A DNA stretch of 32,625 nt from Guillardia theta CCMP2712 (lineage: Eukaryota > Protista > Cryptophyta): contig NW_005434643.1 in NCBI RefSeq assembly GCF_000315625.1, forward strand, positions 592,855 through 625,479, in the 5' to 3' direction. Numbering within the stretch: the stretch's first letter is position 1; each line of letters opens with the position of its first letter. The notes beneath the pieces are model-generated. The model worked only from the letters and a program-made list of their open reading frames with translations, made no database searches and was not told the DNA's origin. Position numbers and translations under genes: made by a program. Positions 1-15,926 of the stretch are shown here, in pieces.

Positions 1-370
1 GCCTGCCTCCTGCCTCCTCGCCTCCTCCCTCCTTCCTCGCCCTCCTCCCTCCCCTCCCTCCCCCCCCTCCCCTCCCCTCCCTCCCTCCCTCCCTCCCTCC
101 CTCCCTCCCTCCCTCCTCCCCCCCCTCCCCTCCTCCTCTCCTCCCTCCCCTGCCTCCCTCCTCTCTCCTCCCTCCCCTGCCTCCTCTCTCCTCCCTCTCC
201 TCCCTCCACCCTTGTTGTCCTCCCTCCTCTACCGCAACCACGACTTCTTCTTTCACTACATTCACTTCCACGTCTTTGTTCTCCTTCTCTTCTTTCTCTC
301 CCTTCTTCGCCTTTTCTTCCTCCTCCTCGTCGACTCGCTACTCCATGCTAGTTTGACGTGTTATTTTCAG

Positions 371-1191
371 GCGGCTCTCTCAAAACACGTGCTCGCTCAG
401 CACCGGCTGGCGTGTATGTACCTGGAGGGATTCAACGTGAAGAAGGTAAAAATAGCTGCAAGATCCAACGTGTCTTCAAACATGCTCAAACCATGTCAAA
501 CCAAAGAATCCCTCAATGTGTGCTGGTCCTAGAATATATCCCATCTTACCTGAACATGTTGAGAACAATCTTGGTGTATGATGATGTATTTGAACGAGGT
601 CTCGATCATCTTTAATGCCTCGTGTGCTCGTTTGGTTTGCAGGACGTCAAAGAAGCAATCAGATGGTTCAAAAGAGCCGCGAAGAAGGGAAGCTACGAGG
701 TATCTCAACCTTTCACAACCTTTCAACCAGTCGCTCTCCTCTGCACTCCTCCCCTCTCTCCGCCCCTCCCCTCTCCTCACCTCACCTCTCCTCTCCTCTC
801 CTCTCCTCTCCTCTCCTCTCCTCTCCTCTCCTCTCCTCTCCTCTCCTCTCCTCTCCTCTCCTCTCCTCTCCTCTCCTCTCCTCTCCTTCTCACACTTTCT
901 TTCATCGCCTTCAGGCTGCTCAGGAGTTGCATCGACTTTACTCGGAAGGGAAAGAAATTGCAAAAGCAAGAAAGACGCACAGGTACTCCCCCTCCTCCCC
1001 CTTCTCCTCCCCCTCCTCCTCCTTCTTCTACTCCTGCTCCTGCCCCTGCCCCTTTTCCTCCCAGTCTCCATTCCCCATCATCTCCTCAGCCCTTCTATTC
1101 ACCATCTCTTGTTCCTTCCTCCTTCCTTTCGTCGCGCTGCTCCTTTTCCTGCCACTAGAGGCTGCTGTCTCTAGTTCGCCTTGCCCCTCGT
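371..1191 (+). CDS. Sel1-like repeat (SLR) protein, 3' part of a spliced gene that begins before the window
   Basis: Exons 371-445, 643-699 and 915-982, flanked by AG/GT, join to AALSKHVLAQHRLACMYLEGFNVKK-DVKEAIRWFKRAAKKGSYE-AAQELHRLYSEG, matching the Sel1 consensus A(Q)xxLGxMYxxGxGVxxDxxxAxxWFxKAAxxG. The last exon is ambiguous (stop at 1174 or 1191 depending on acceptor). Confidence 0.8.
786..885. repeat. (CTCCT)n intronic microsatellite
   Basis: Perfect pentamer run inside a Sel1-gene intron; source of the spurious EERRG/SSPLL ORFs. Confidence 0.95.
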
Positions 1192-1430
1192 TGACTGTAA
1201 TGAAGCATTGGAAGCAAGTCATGAAGAGAACTCCAACGTCGTGAACCAAATGTACATAATAAACAATTAGAGGATGTAACCTCCTCCTACCTCCTCCTAC
1301 CTCCTCCTACCTTGTCCTACCTCCCCTCCCCTCCCCTCCTCCTCCTTCCTCCTCTCCTCTTCCCTTCTCTCCTCTCTTCTTCCACCTGGCTTCTCCTCTC
1401 CTCTCCTTCCACTCCCTTCCCTCTACTCCT

Positions 1431-4138
<2,708 letters not shown>

Positions 4139-4195
4139 GGCTTCTGTCTTCCCTTACGCTGTCTTCGCCCGTATCCTCCGTGTGCGGTCTAGCCT

Positions 4196-4238
<43 letters not shown>

Positions 4239-4239
4239 T

Positions 4240-4284
<45 letters not shown>
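4196..4284. repeat. (CCTGCT)n microsatellite upstream of GT17
   Basis: Hexamer run with a single variant unit. Confidence 0.95.
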
Positions 4285-4416
4285 ACGTAGGTTTTCGCAT
4301 TTCTGCTTGCTAGAACATACCGGAAGGGGTTGTTTGATGAAATCCGGGGATCAGGTGCTTTCCACCGGTGCATGTGATATCTTTTTGAGGGGTACTATCA
4401 AGTAAAAGGGTAGGTA

Positions 4417-4434
4417 GGGTAGGGGGTGGTCGGA
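4417..4434 (+). promoter_or_regulatory. Candidate promoter-associated motif GGGTAGGGGGTGGTCGGA
   Basis: Lies between the divergent GT17 and RER genes; near-identical GGGGTAGGGTGGTCGGA at 15724-15740 and a looser copy at 20354-20375, both upstream of start codons. Function is inferred only. Confidence 0.35.
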
Positions 4435-4529
4435 TTAGGAAAGCCGCATCTGAGGAATATGGCGAGGAAAGTGCCAAGGGGCGGAGGTAAGGAGGGAGGA
4501 GGGGAGGAAGGGAGAGAGAGGAGGAAGGG

Positions 4530-4700
4530 GAGGAGGACGAGGACGAGGAGTAAGGGTGATACAGATAGAAGAAGTTAGAGGAGGACGAGGACGAGGAGTA
4601 AGGGGGATACAGATAGAAGAAGTTAGAGGAGGACGAGGACGAGGAGTAAGGGGGATACAGATAGAAGAAGTTAAAGGAGGACGAGGAAGAGGACGAGGAG
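4530..4700. repeat. 48-bp minisatellite, about 3.5 copies
   Basis: Unit GAGGAGGACGAGGACGAGGAGTAAGGGGGATACAGATAGAAGAAGTTA starting at 4530, 4578 and 4626, with a partial copy at 4674. Confidence 0.9.
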
Positions 4701-4867
4701 GGTGAGAAAAGGAAGGAGGGCAGGAGGAAGGGAAGAACGGAGGAAGGGAAAGGTGCAGACTGCAACTGTCAATCTTCAGATCCCCTCCTGAATTCTCATG
4801 CGCTTCATGACTTTCAAATACCCCATGGTGCTTTTACTCATCCTGCTTGCGCTCCTTGTGCCCTGGC

Positions 4868-7753
4868 ATGCTCGTTATCTTCCTGCATGCCTGCGACCCT
4901 TTCACACTCTCCCCTTCCCCCCCCTCCACCTCCGGCAACGCAACATCGTCGTCACGGCGATCAGCTCTGAGCCAGCTCGCAGCGACAGCTCTGTCGGCAG
5001 CACTGTTTGTCTGCTTGTTCGCATGCTCCCTCGGAACAACTTCTGGCTTCTCCCCCAGCATCCCGCAAGCCCACAGACAGGTGAGGCGATCCCTTGCAGC
5101 TGGAGGGAGCAACAGGGCTGACCCCTTCTGCGAGTCAGCTGGGCTTCTGCTGGACTAGCTCGTGTTCTCCTGCATCTCCTTTCAACTTGGCTACCAGAGG
5201 TCCCGTTGCCCTCCGTTGCTCGCCTACTCTGACCCGTCGCACGTGACAGCACGACAGCCGGCCGTCTTGAGCCTCTCTGCAGTCGGAGGAGGTGAGTTGT
5301 GGTGCTTTCACTCGTCCCTGGCGTTACGCCATGGCAGACGGAGTTAATGGAGGAGGAGGAGGAGGAGGAGGAGGAGGAGGAGGAGGAGGAGGAGGAGGGG
5401 ACGGGTCGAAGGACGACAGTGATGACAACGTCCTGTCGTGGAACCAGGTCCTGTCAAAGGTTGCACTCACTCCATCTCCATGTTTCATAGCTGAATCGTG
5501 ACCATTTAAGTACGGCAAGAGCCAGGGCGAAGTGCCGCAGGAGCTGTTGAAGGCTGTTCAGGTCCCTGGCTTTCAGAGTCTCGCCCTCCCGATCACCAGC
5601 TTTGCAGGACGGGAAAGTCGGAGTGCAGGCACTGGTCGAATTCTTCAAGTTGAGTGAGAACAACTTGGTAAGATTACACCGCCTCTTCCTACCCTACCAC
5701 CACCTTCTCCTCCTCCATCATCTCTATCTCCTCTACCCCCTCCTCCATGACCGCAACCCCCCTTTTCCGCCACCATCTCCTCCCCTACCACCACTACCAT
5801 CTCCTCCTCCTTTTCTCACTCATCCTTCTCCTCCTCCTCCGTTTCCATCACCATCATCATCGTGACCAACACCACCTGCCGACTCCCTCTGTCGTCTCTC
5901 GTCCTGACGGCTGTCAACAGATTCGTCCTCTCCTCGCCTTGGCTCCCATTCGGGATCGCCTGCTTGCGGACTCAACATTCATGAACAAGGTGTGTCTCCG
6001 TATCCCAGTCTCACCGAAATGATTCTCCATTGACCAGGCTGGTATCGACATGATCGTTGGGGGCGTCGCACAGTTGCTGGCAGGTAGACGCCCCATCCCC
6101 ATCCCCATCCCCATCCCCATCCCCATCCCCATCCCCATCCCCATCCCCATCCCCATCCCCATCCCCATCCCCATCCCCATCCCCATCCCCATCCCCATCC
6201 CCATCCCCATCCCCATCCCCATCCCCATCCCCATCCCCATCCCCATCCCCATCCCCATCCCCATCCCCATCCCCATCCCCANNNNNNNNNNNNNNNNNNN
6301 NNNNNNNNNNNNNNNNNNNNNNNNNNNNNNNNNNNNNNNNNNNNNNNNNNNNNNNNNNNNNNNNNNNNNNNNNNNNNNNNNGGCTTCATGAGCATGCGCG
6401 TTCGAAAGATAAATGGACGGCTCGAGTCTGCCAAACGGAAGACCATGGTGATAGACGACGGTCTTGCAGGCGCTAGAGGGATCCCCCCACTCGCTGATGC
6501 CAAGAGTCCTTCCACACTTGAGCTTGAGGGAGTACTCCCTTGCAGGAGTGAAGAGCCGCCTCCTCTCAACCCGCCATGCGCACCTGCGGGACATGTTTGC
6601 CCGATAGGCCTTGTACGAGCATGGAATGGGTCCGCCTCAATGGAAATATCTCTCTCTATTGTCTATGAAGGACAGAAGAATGAATGTCACACAAGGCGGT
6701 TAATTGGGGGGGGGGGGGGGGGGGATTAACAGTCTTTTGAGTGTGGGTGCAGGCAAGTGGTTCAGTAGCTGTCCCGACAACGCATTCCAGATGGTGTTGA
6801 AGGGCCAGACGCCGCCTGCCCTTGCTCAGGTGTGCTGCTGCTGCTGCTGCTGCTTCATGGAAAGGGTTGACTTTGCCGAAGCGTGTTGGAGCTCTCTTCA
6901 AGCCGATGCCACAGGTGAGAAGGAGCGGGATGATGGGCAAGAGGGCGAAGAGAGTTTGAGCTGTGTCTCACCTCTTAGCTGAGCCTGTTCCGCTCCTCTA
7001 GTTGTTCGTTGTCGGATTCATCGCAGCAGCCGGAGGATACGCCTACACGGCAGCCTCGGTTGCTCTCAGGAAGTGGCTCGATCCCAGCTCGACCGGAGGT
7101 AAGGGCAGGTGACTTCAGCTGGAGGGCAGCTGAGTTTGCGGCTGCAGGGGCTTCGCTTCCTCCCGATGCCATTGCCAAGGTTGACGGTGGGGAGAAGGGA
7201 GGAGGAGCTGAGGGGCCAGCAGATCTCCGTGGCCATTGGCGCGTACGTGGCAGTGTCGACGAACTGGAGATACCAGGTGGGGGGAGGAGACTGAGGACGA
7301 GGGTTGAAGAAGGAAGCAGGTAGTTGCTGGAGTCTTCGAGGCAAGAATGTTCGACGTCTTGTTCGCCAAGCAGGTACCATCCTTTCCTCCTCCTCTTGCC
7401 TTGACCATCTCTGTGCCCTGTTGCTGCCCCTCTCGTCCTCTACCTCACATCCGAGCAGATCGCTCTGCGATCGGCAGGCTCGACGCTTGTTCGGACGGCA
7501 AACACGTAAGTAAAGGAGCTCGAGAGGAAGTAGAGGAGCAGAGGAAGCAGAAGATGAGCTGGTGACATGTGGAAGGAGAGGGGTAGAGGAGAACTGAGAC
7601 GAATGAAGTAGGATGGGGGCGCTAGACACGATTGGCCGATGAGATGGCTGGGAGGAGGAGGCGACAATGTCTGACTGTTGTTGTAGGTACCTCGGCTCGT
7701 ACTGGATCGTTTCTTACCTAAGGGCCCTCGACTTGCAGAAGATCGATGGATGA
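4868..7753 (+). CDS. RETICULATA-related (DUF3411) plastid envelope membrane protein; multi-exon, central exon(s) missing at an assembly gap; start uncertain
   Basis: 5' exons: hydrophobic signal ending TTSG|FSPS, Gly-rich linker, EVPQELLKAVQDGKVG, IRDRLLADSTFMNKAGIDMIVGGVAQLLA. 3' exons from 6753: WFSSCPDNAFQ...LAQRVGALFKPMPQLFVVGF...ALRKWLDP...GAYVAVSTNWRYQVVAGVFEAR...LVRTANTYLGSYWIVSYLRALDLQK, stop 7751-7753. These match RER-family motifs (RERLLAD, PDNAFQ, SSNLRYQ, RTGNTFLG). Confidence 0.88.
6090..6281. repeat. (CCCCAT)n array abutting the gap
   Basis: Perfect hexamer array of about 32 units starting just after the intron donor at 6084. Confidence 0.95.
6282..6381. other. Assembly gap (100 N, true size unknown)
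   Basis: Run of exactly 100 N. Confidence 0.99.
6382..6594 (-). CDS. Alpha/beta-hydrolase, N-terminal fragment truncated by the gap
   Basis: EYSLKLKCGRTLGISEWGDPSSACKTVVYHHGLPFGRLEP matches the LxDGRxLxYxExGxPxGxxVxxxHGxPxSRLE start of Abhydrolase_1-type proteins; no nucleophile motif is visible. Confidence 0.65.
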
Positions 7754-7909
7754 AGAGGTGAGGAGGGAGGTGGAGACGAGACGAGACGAGAGTGGTGGAG
7801 AAGAGGGTCAGAGCAGGCACTCTGAAGGAGGAAGGCAGGAGCAGCTAGGAGGTGGAGTTGACTTTCACTCACTTCGTCACATAGAGGAGACCACGAGCTC
7901 GTGGCGAGG

Positions 7910-11021
<3,112 letters not shown>

Positions 11022-11497
11022 GCTCAAAACCTCTGCATCCCAGCCGCTCCGCCTTGTAAGGAACCGCCGCTGGGAGAAATAGAAGAAACCGGCTGTAGCC
11101 CTCTGGCTGGGCAGGCCCGGAAATGTTTGTCCCGGAACGACCATGGGAGCGGTGGGCAGAGCGAGGGAGCGAGGGAGCGAGGGAGCGAGCGAGAGAGAGA
11201 GCGAGGGAGAGAGAGAGCGAGCGAGAGAGCGAGAGAGGGAGCGAGGGAGAGAGAGAGGGGGCGAGGGGGCGAGAGAGGGAGGGAGGGAGCAAGCGAGAGA
11301 GGGAGCGAGGGATGGAGTAGGATCGCAATTTTGCTCCCCTAACTCTCTACAAGCTCATCTTGCATACCAATTCTGAAATTCCTGGGCAGATAGACTTGCG
11401 TGTAATTATTGGTGAGCTGAACGACTCGATTTGATGGCTGGAGTATGTTGGGGTCGGAGCATGATCCTTGTCCAGGAGAGAACGTTGCTTGGCAAGC

Positions 11498-13456
11498 ATG
11501 AGATGGTTCCTGCTAGCGGCCTCGAGCATCGTGCTCTCGTGGTGGGTGGGACGGTCGCTTGCTCGAGGGAGGAGGAGGAAGCTGCGGGTGCACTTCTTGA
11601 AGAAGGGGCATGTGAGGGGAACTAGCTATGCTCTTCCGTGTAGATGAGATGTGAGTTACCAAGGGAGGGAAGTCCATGGTCGGATGGACGCCGACGGATC
11701 AACACTTGCATGCGATCTGTCGCAAGCTTTCGTCGGGTGAGGTAGTGATGTGAGGTCTCGGGTCCTGACCTGCTGCCGCACAGACGTCCTCGTCACGAGC
11801 GGAGAGGATCTGCCGAGGAACGCGGTTGACGTGCTGGTGGCTGCCTTCCCTACTCGAGGTCTGATGCTGTGATGACGATGACGATGGAGATGGTGGTGGT
11901 AATAATACGATGAGGAGGAAGGGGGGGGGGGGGGAAGGGAGGAGGAGGGGGAAGGGGGGAGGCCCGGTGACGATGACGACGACGACGATGATTGAGGAAT
12001 GGACTGAGCAGATCAACTGCTCCAAGTCAAGGACTCCATTCGAGCACTGCTCGTACCCTTTGCAGGTTTGAGTGGGAGCAGGTGATCTGCAAGCTAAGGG
12101 TAACTGAAGGGTTTCCTCCTCCAACCCGCCTCCTCCTCAAGGAGCTCGGGATGTCCAGCAAGCTTGTCGTTTGCAACCTCCACCACAACGCGCCCATGAC
12201 GGCGGAACTGGCGGTCGCACTTTGCCTGGCGGCCAGCAAGCAGATCTTCGAGGCGGACCGGTTCGTCTCTTGTTTCCGAGCCATGGATGACGTGCAACCT
12301 GCCAGGAAGCTAAGGCAGCACGACTGGTCGTCCAGAGGGATCCCCTGTGAGGGAGTGCCCGACCCTCTCCCGATGCTGCTCCTCCAAGGCAAGGTAGCGC
12401 TGGTGGTGGGATACGGAGAGGTCGGTCAGCGAGTGGCAAGAATCATGTCGGCCTTCGGGATGGAGGTGTTGGCAACGAGAGCATCGTTGAGCAGAGTCGC
12501 ACGTGACAAGCACGCGGTCGTCCACCCTCCAGCTGATCTCCTCTCCCTCCTGCCGAGAGCCAACGTTGTCTTCCTCTGCGTCCCGCTGACCTCCGGCACC
12601 TCCAAGATGCTCGGGAGGAAGGAGCTGGCAATGTGGCTGCTACCTCCCCTGGTTTCTCCTCTTTGACGACCCTCGCAGGCTCCCCAAGGGCTCCGTCCTT
12701 GTGAACGTGTCCAGGTGCTTCTCCTCCCTGCATGCCCCTCTCCTGCATGCTCATGCTCTCGGCTGAATCGGTTGGCGACGTTTCCTTCAGAGGAGAAGTT
12801 GTGGACGAGGATGCGCTTTTTGAGGCCCTCAGCCAGCGAGAAAATCTCTTTGCTGCGGGGATTGATACATGGTTGCCTCCTTGCTCCTTCAACACTTCAC
12901 CCTCATCCATTGCCTGCACCTACGTCCTCGTTTTCCTCTGACTATGCCCCCCCCCCCCCCCCCGGTCTCCGCCCGGTCTTGTCTCGGCTCCTTACAGTCA
13001 TGGCGTGCAGGTACAACTATCCCGCAACGAGCAAGGACACTCAAAGCACGCCAGTATCAACGAGGAACGACTTTTCAAAGCTGACCAACCTTGTGATGTC
13101 CCCTCATAGGTACGTCTCAGCGTGCCGCCCGTCTCTCCTCGTCTCCCCTTCTCAGATCCCTTCTCATCCCCTCTCGAACTCATTTCCCCTCCATCAAGCT
13201 CCTCCTTCCAGTCCCTTCTTCAGCTCACCCTTGTGCTCTCCCTTCTCCACTCCCTCCCTGGAGTCCTATCCATCCAGCGCCTCCCACCCTCCCACGATCA
13301 AACTGAAATGTATGTCATCGCAGAGGAGGAGCCGTCGGCCTGGAGGAGACGGAGTCTGCTCGTCTGTCGGCCATCGCAGAGGCTCTCAACCTAGCGGCGG
13401 ATAGAAGCGATGTCAGAGCGATGCCGTGCCGGGTCGATGTCGAGCGAGGTTACTGA
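11498..13456 (+). CDS. D-isomer-specific 2-hydroxyacid dehydrogenase (NAD(P)-binding), multi-exon
   Basis: NLHHNAPMTAELAVALCLAASK, Rossmann motif LVVGYGEVG, FLCVPLTSGT, LVNVSR|GEVVDEDALFEAL, AAGIDTW|YNYP, LVMSPHR, C-terminus VDVERGY* (13454-13456). Putative first exon MRWFLLAASS...KLRVHFLKKGH from 11498; the 5' splicing is uncertain. Confidence 0.88.
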
Positions 13457-13459
13457 GCC

Positions 13460-15440
13460 CCCGAGGGCCCGGACTCGAAGGATCGGACCGCACTAACCGC
13501 CGCCGGAGCGTCGAATCATGAGGTCGGAGCCCCCCTGATCCCGGAACTGAGTGGGAAAGCCGGGCAGGCTGAGCTGAGAGTCACAGTAAGCTCAGGGCCG
13601 CACTCCGTGCGCGGGCGGGCGGCCTGCGTCCTCCCGACCTCAGCCCCTGTGCTCCGAGGCCCATGATGCCGCCCGATCGGACGTCGACGCCAGTCACAAG
13701 TTCAACCGGGTTCGCAGTCGTCGGAGCGTGCCGCCGCCGCCGGGCCGCCGGGTCCAATCGCCGCTGGGAGGCCACCGACGGTGTGTATCATTGCGGCTAG
13801 CCGCCGGGCGGCGGCCAGCTGACCGTGGCAGTGCGAGCCTCCGTGAGGCACTTGGCCCGTTGTGACTTCGAAGCTGCAACGGTCACTGTCCGATCAAGTT
13901 GGCACGGCCCTTCAACCGGCGAAACTTGAACCGGGGTGACCCGCCGCCGGGTCACCGGGTCACCGGGTGCCGCCCGGCAGGCGGCCGGGCCAGACGCCGC
14001 GCCGGGGCCTGCTGATCCGAGCCTGTGTCACCGTTTGTGGCAATCAAACTTGACAACGCGGGGCGGCCGGCGGCCGCCGGGGCGCCATGCGGGGTGAGGA
14101 ACGCCGGGTCAGAGGCTCGGGACGGCGCCGCCCTGCCGCGCGGCTGCTATCGCAGCGAGCTGCCTTTGATGAACGGTTCCGAGCCTGTGATATAACTTGA
14201 ATCAGTATACAATAGATTGCCAGTCAGATCATTCGCCGCCGGACTCCGGGACTCACCGACGGTGACTAGCATGGCGGGCCGGGTAGTAACTGAAGCCGCT
14301 CAGTGATCAGCGGCCGAAACTTTCACCGGGTCCGCGGCAATGACCGTGAGACGGATCAATGACCGTGTTATGCCGCTCGGATCATAATGACACGGTCGTA
14401 CGCGGGGGGCCGTACGGTCGCCGGTACGGCAGTACGGCAACGGGTTCAAGTCACTGAACGGTTCGCCGCCACTGTGACCGAACGGCCGTCACGGTGGCAC
14501 CCGGCAGCAGTGGCGGTCCCCGGCGCGGCGCGCCCTACCGGCGCGCCCCGCCCGGGACTTCACCGTTTCGAATGCTCGCGGCCGGGCCACTGGCCACCGG
14601 CCGCAGTGAGGCTCGCAGTGAGTTGCACACGCGGCACGGGCCCCGGCCGCCCCGGCGGGCCGGCGGCCGGCGCCGGGCCGGCGCCGGGAACGGCCCGCCT
14701 CCCGGAGTCCGCGGCGACGCCGCCCGGCGCTCAGTGGTCAGCCCCGGGCCCCCCCACCGTGACGGTCAGGCTTCAGGCCCACTGATACAGGCTTCCGAGT
14801 ACGGTACGTCCGAGTCGCCGGACCTGGTGACTTACCGTGCCACCGTCACTGCCGCTGCTGCCGGTGACCGTACGGTACGGTGCGCGGGGTCCGACCGTCC
14901 GACCGTCCCGGATCGGACGTACTGTACTATGATTGAACTAGTAATGACGCATTGAGCCTGCCAGTCACACGTGCGTCGGCGCCGCGGGGCGGCGCCCGGG
15001 CGCCCCGCGGCGCCCGGGCCGGAGGCATTTACCCAAACTTTAACTTAAAAATCATGAGCCGAGCCTCCGCTGGCAGCCCTCAGTCCCGGAGTAGTACGGT
15101 CGGCCCTTGACCCAGTAGTCACAGTGAGTCTCCGAGTCCGATCACTGAGCGGCCGGGCTCGGCCCCCGGCCCCGGCCCCGACGGTTTCGCCCGGCGGCCT
15201 TTGTTTAGTACTCAGTTCGGTTCAGTTGGGTCCCGGAATGACGATTTGCGAACTCCCGAAGCACCGGTACCCCCAGGCCCTGGTCTTCACTACTGAGACA
15301 GAGAGGGAAATAGGGGGTGGGTCACGGCCAATAGTTGGGGCCGTGAATTCACCAGCGCCGGATCTCAGCGGCTCAGCTCGGTCAACCCGGTGACCCCCGT
15401 CAGTCTGGTCCTCTTTACTCAGTAGTACCGTAACCGGTGA
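13460..15440. other. GC-rich palindrome-dense non-coding island 1
   Basis: No credible protein; abundant short palindromes (CCGG, GGCC, CCCGGG, GTAC, CGATCG); 14-bp inverted repeat 14978-14991/15001-15014 and 9-bp inverted repeat 13935-13943/13948-13956. Boundaries approximate. Confidence 0.8.
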
Positions 15441-15723
15441 CCCCTACCCTCCCCTCTCCCTCTGGTGCCTTCTAAGAGGACCCCGTAGTTGATGATTGAA
15501 AATTATTTGCCAATTTTAGAACGTGAGGGCCTCAGGGGGGTGGGGGTAGCAAGTCGGATGTGACTGATAGAGAGACTGACGGCCCTGGGGAGTGGGATGG
15601 CCATGAGAGAAGGGGGTACTTGAGGGTTGTGGGTGCCATTGGGTGGGTACAAAAGTTGACCGAACAGGCAGGGGACTCCATGGGTGGGGTACGGAAAAAA
15701 ATTCATTTCGATACCAGGGGGTA

Positions 15724-15740
15724 GGGGTAGGGTGGTCGGA
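15724..15740 (+). promoter_or_regulatory. Candidate promoter-associated motif GGGGTAGGGTGGTCGGA within a GGGT-rich block (about 15480-15790)
   Basis: About 190 nt upstream of the putative ATG at 15927; near-identical to 4417-4434. Confidence 0.35.
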
Positions 15741-15926
15741 GCCTGTGAGCGTCGGGTGAACTTTTTAGAGTAGTGCCGGCGGGTTACTCGAATGAGAGGA
15801 TGCGCATGTAGTATGCAGGTGGCGGGGGAGGAGAGGGGAGCTGAGGAGGAGGAGGAGGAGGAGGAAAGGTGAGGAGAATATTGGATAGGAGACGAGGAGA
15901 CGTGAAGAGCAACAGAGGGAAATCTG

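Noticed and set aside
529-1244. Long ORFs with EERRG/SSPLL repeats, and similar PR-, PI-, MG-, ALLCS- and AEQSR-repeat ORFs elsewhere
   Set aside because: Translations of intronic microsatellites; the real exons are short and lie between them.
4530-4700. 48-bp repeats as a CRISPR array
   Set aside because: Contiguous near-identical units with no unique spacers, no cas genes, eukaryotic context.
6090-6281. (CCCCAT)n as a telomere or interstitial telomeric repeat
   Set aside because: Starts right after an intron donor in a gene that continues downstream, is not a TTAGGG/TTTAGGG-type unit, and is one of many intronic hexamer arrays here.
14387-15393. Pro/Arg/Gly/Ala-rich ORFs in island 1 (also 13581-13879 and 26871-27167)
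   Set aside because: Expected from stop-codon scarcity at very high GC; no motifs or coherent splice pattern.
13460-15440. Island as rDNA, structured ncRNA or a TIR/LTR transposon
   Set aside because: No recognisable rRNA conserved segments, no terminal repeats or target-site duplication found by eye, and no transposase or RT coding; cannot be fully excluded without a search.
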